Source of the DNA: Chrysomallon squamiferum
Taxonomy: Eukaryota; Animalia; Mollusca
Length of the DNA stretch: 64,000 bases
Assembly (NCBI GenBank): GCA_012295275.1
Contig: CM022673.1
Coordinates: 18,848,001 to 18,912,000, forward strand
Direction of reading: 5' to 3'
Position numbers and translations under genes: made by a program. Positions 61,462-64,000 of the stretch are shown here, piece after piece. The notes under the pieces are model-generated. The model was not told the origin of the DNA and did no database searches. It was given only the letters and a program-made list of their open reading frames with translations. Within the stretch, counting starts at the first letter, position 1; each line of letters begins with the position of its first letter.

Positions 61462-64000
61462 TGTTTTTCTTTTTTTCTAATGTACAATTTAAACAAGTTG
61501 ACACCTTACGTTTTATTTTAAATTTCAGTCTTTGAATACAGAAGTTTTAATTAAATGTTTTTTTTCTTATATATGTGATTGTTGTTTTTTTGGTGTTTTT
61601 ATTTTGTTTGTCTGTGCATCTGTGCATGAAAGCTGAAAAAAAAAATAATAATAAGCATTGATGATCATTTTTGTGACCTTTCAAACAGATTCTCCTGTTT
61701 TAATGTGGAGGATTATAACTTCTACCTGATTATGAGTTCTGGCTAGTTGATCAGTATTATACAGTACATGATAAAAAAAAAATAGTAATGAAGTTTTTTG
61801 TATACTTTATAAATGACTAAGCTTCATGTTTCAGTCAATGAAGTAATATTTGTAATGCTGTACATCAAATTCTGACTGATATAGATGAATGCCATTTAAC
61901 AAAATGGAAAACTAATAAATATTCAAAGCATCAGTGATTCACATTTTTAACCAAAGACTTTAGTCAGATTACATTTAAACGGCCATATTTTCTTTACTGT
62001 ATCAGTCATTCAGAGAAGCACCATTCTAACGACCACTGTGCACTGTTAAATACAAACATCAAAATGCATTATCACAAAACTTTATTCCTTCAATAAAGAC
62101 ACAAGAAATACATTATACCAAAGATCTGTGAATGCATCAGAATTAATGTTTTCCTTGTAACACAGCTTTATGTTACAATTGTAATGATCCATTAAAAAGC
62201 TCTTACATCAAGAAGAAATTTTGAATTTCATCCAAATTATTAAATGATTAGCATGGTGGTCATGGTTAAAATGTAAAAAGATCACATTTGTTTCATTATA
62301 CAAACTTCTATAACCTTTATTTTAACAAAATAATCAACTTGGTTTTAATAATAAACTATTATTATATTAATAATTACCAGATATTTTATGAATAGTTTTA
62401 GTAATTTTATACCATACAAATTTTGTACATGATGAAAATTAATACATGTACGTCATAACCTAAACAATAAAGCATTCTAAAAAAATTTCTTTTTTTTTTT
62501 CCTTTCTTTTTCAATCTCGGTAGTCAATTAAAATATTCACTATTTTATTTTTTAATGGATATTGGACAATATTTAATCTTCAATGAAACTGATCAGTTTA
62601 ATTTAAATCCAATTAAACCTAAGAAAAATTGGGTTCAAATGATTAGATCAATAATAAAATAATTTAAATAAAAATTATAAATAGTAGTAGTAAAAAATAA
62701 ATAAAAGAAACAACAATCTCATATGCCTTTGTAATGTTGCTGACTGAAATTATATTTTGTTGCCCTTCTGTTTAATAACTTGAAAAATGTTAAAAAGAGC
62801 AAATGACGTAGCAACAAAAACAAATATTTAATTTTTATTTTTAAAGAAGCACAAACATGATAAAATTCTATTAACTATACAAAAACATATGTATACATGT
62901 ATATATATAAATAAAATTTGTTTCACTACAAAGTACATCAAGTTTTGCTTACTTTATTCTATTTTAATAAATTATTACAAGTAATGAGTATTTAAAATTT
63001 TCTGACAGCCTGGCTATATGAAAATCACAGAAATGTTTTGATTTGTACTGAGAAAGGGTTTAACATAATGGTCTAAAACATGCCATGAATTCTTTTAAAT
63101 ATCCAATAATTACTATTTAATCATCACAGTTCATCAGTTGAAAAAACATTTCATTTATATAAAAGTAGCAAAAAAATAAGAAAAACATACAGGATACAAT
63201 TACATAATTACACTCTGTATAATTGATTAAATAACAAATATTTCATTTTGAGAAACCACTACTGTGAATGGCATACATGTTTTGGGGAGGGGTTGTTTGT
63301 TATTTTAAAAAAAAAGAGAAAAATTTGAAAGTAGCTGATAAGAATAATTTACTTTTTGTTTTATTTCAAAATGCATGTTAACAGTTTTCTGGATTAAATA
63401 TGTCATCTTTTCTCTTAAATCCATTTTTTCTCATGATGTTTAAATATATTCAGCATGATTAAAAAATGTCAAGAAGCGGAATATATATATTCTGATTTAT
63501 ACAAATACAACAGTTTGTCAAAAACTATTTAAATTTAAATTGGCCAATATTTAAGAAAAAAAAAAAAAAACAATAATTAACTTGATATGGATGTAATTAG
63601 AAACCAAAAAGACTGCTGTTATTCTTAAGATCATTACACATTTTCCAACACAAAAATCAGTCTGCATTCACAGATCATGGTTTCTATTAATTCATTAAAA
63701 TATGAAAGTGCCAGAAGCTACAATTCACATGGATAACTATATCAATAAGGTTTATAATACTACACAAAGTGCCTTGTAAACACAAATCCAGAAATCAATG
63801 TGAATAATTTAGGAAACCCATTACCAGAAAAAACATCAATGAAATACAAGACAAACACCAACATGAATCTAATTATTTTGATTGATCATGCAATATTCAA
63901 TACTAAACTATCATAAAAAAAATCACATTAAATTTATTAAATGAAAAAAGAAAAATCATAAAAAGAAACACAAACATAGAAGAAAAGAAAAACAAAAAAA

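Overview
Very AT-rich, intron-rich invertebrate animal genomic DNA. A lophotrochozoan/mollusc origin is my impression only and cannot be established from the sequence. Most entries in the ORF track are microsatellite or intron noise. By hand-splicing GT-AG junctions I reconstructed two + strand genes. (1) Liprin-alpha (PPFIA/SYD-2): 24 phase-consistent coding exons from 4843 to the stop at 42099, about 1107 codons, covering the coiled-coil region, the linker and three SAM domains. Its first ~90 codons lie upstream of the window. (2) An unnamed 13-exon gene at 48614-61461 (about 922 aa) with four degenerate calmodulin/centrin-like EF-hands at the N-terminus and a long Ser/Lys-rich C-terminal tail. 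The window also holds two clear MITEs (hAT-Charlie-like and Tc1/mariner-like) and many microsatellites. An inverted ~130-bp repeat pair brackets seven phase-0 liprin exons. There are candidate alternative liprin exons (an alternative 5' exon, a 15-nt microexon, alternative C-termini) near RBFOX motifs, and a CpG-rich promoter with a CTCF-like motif between the two genes.
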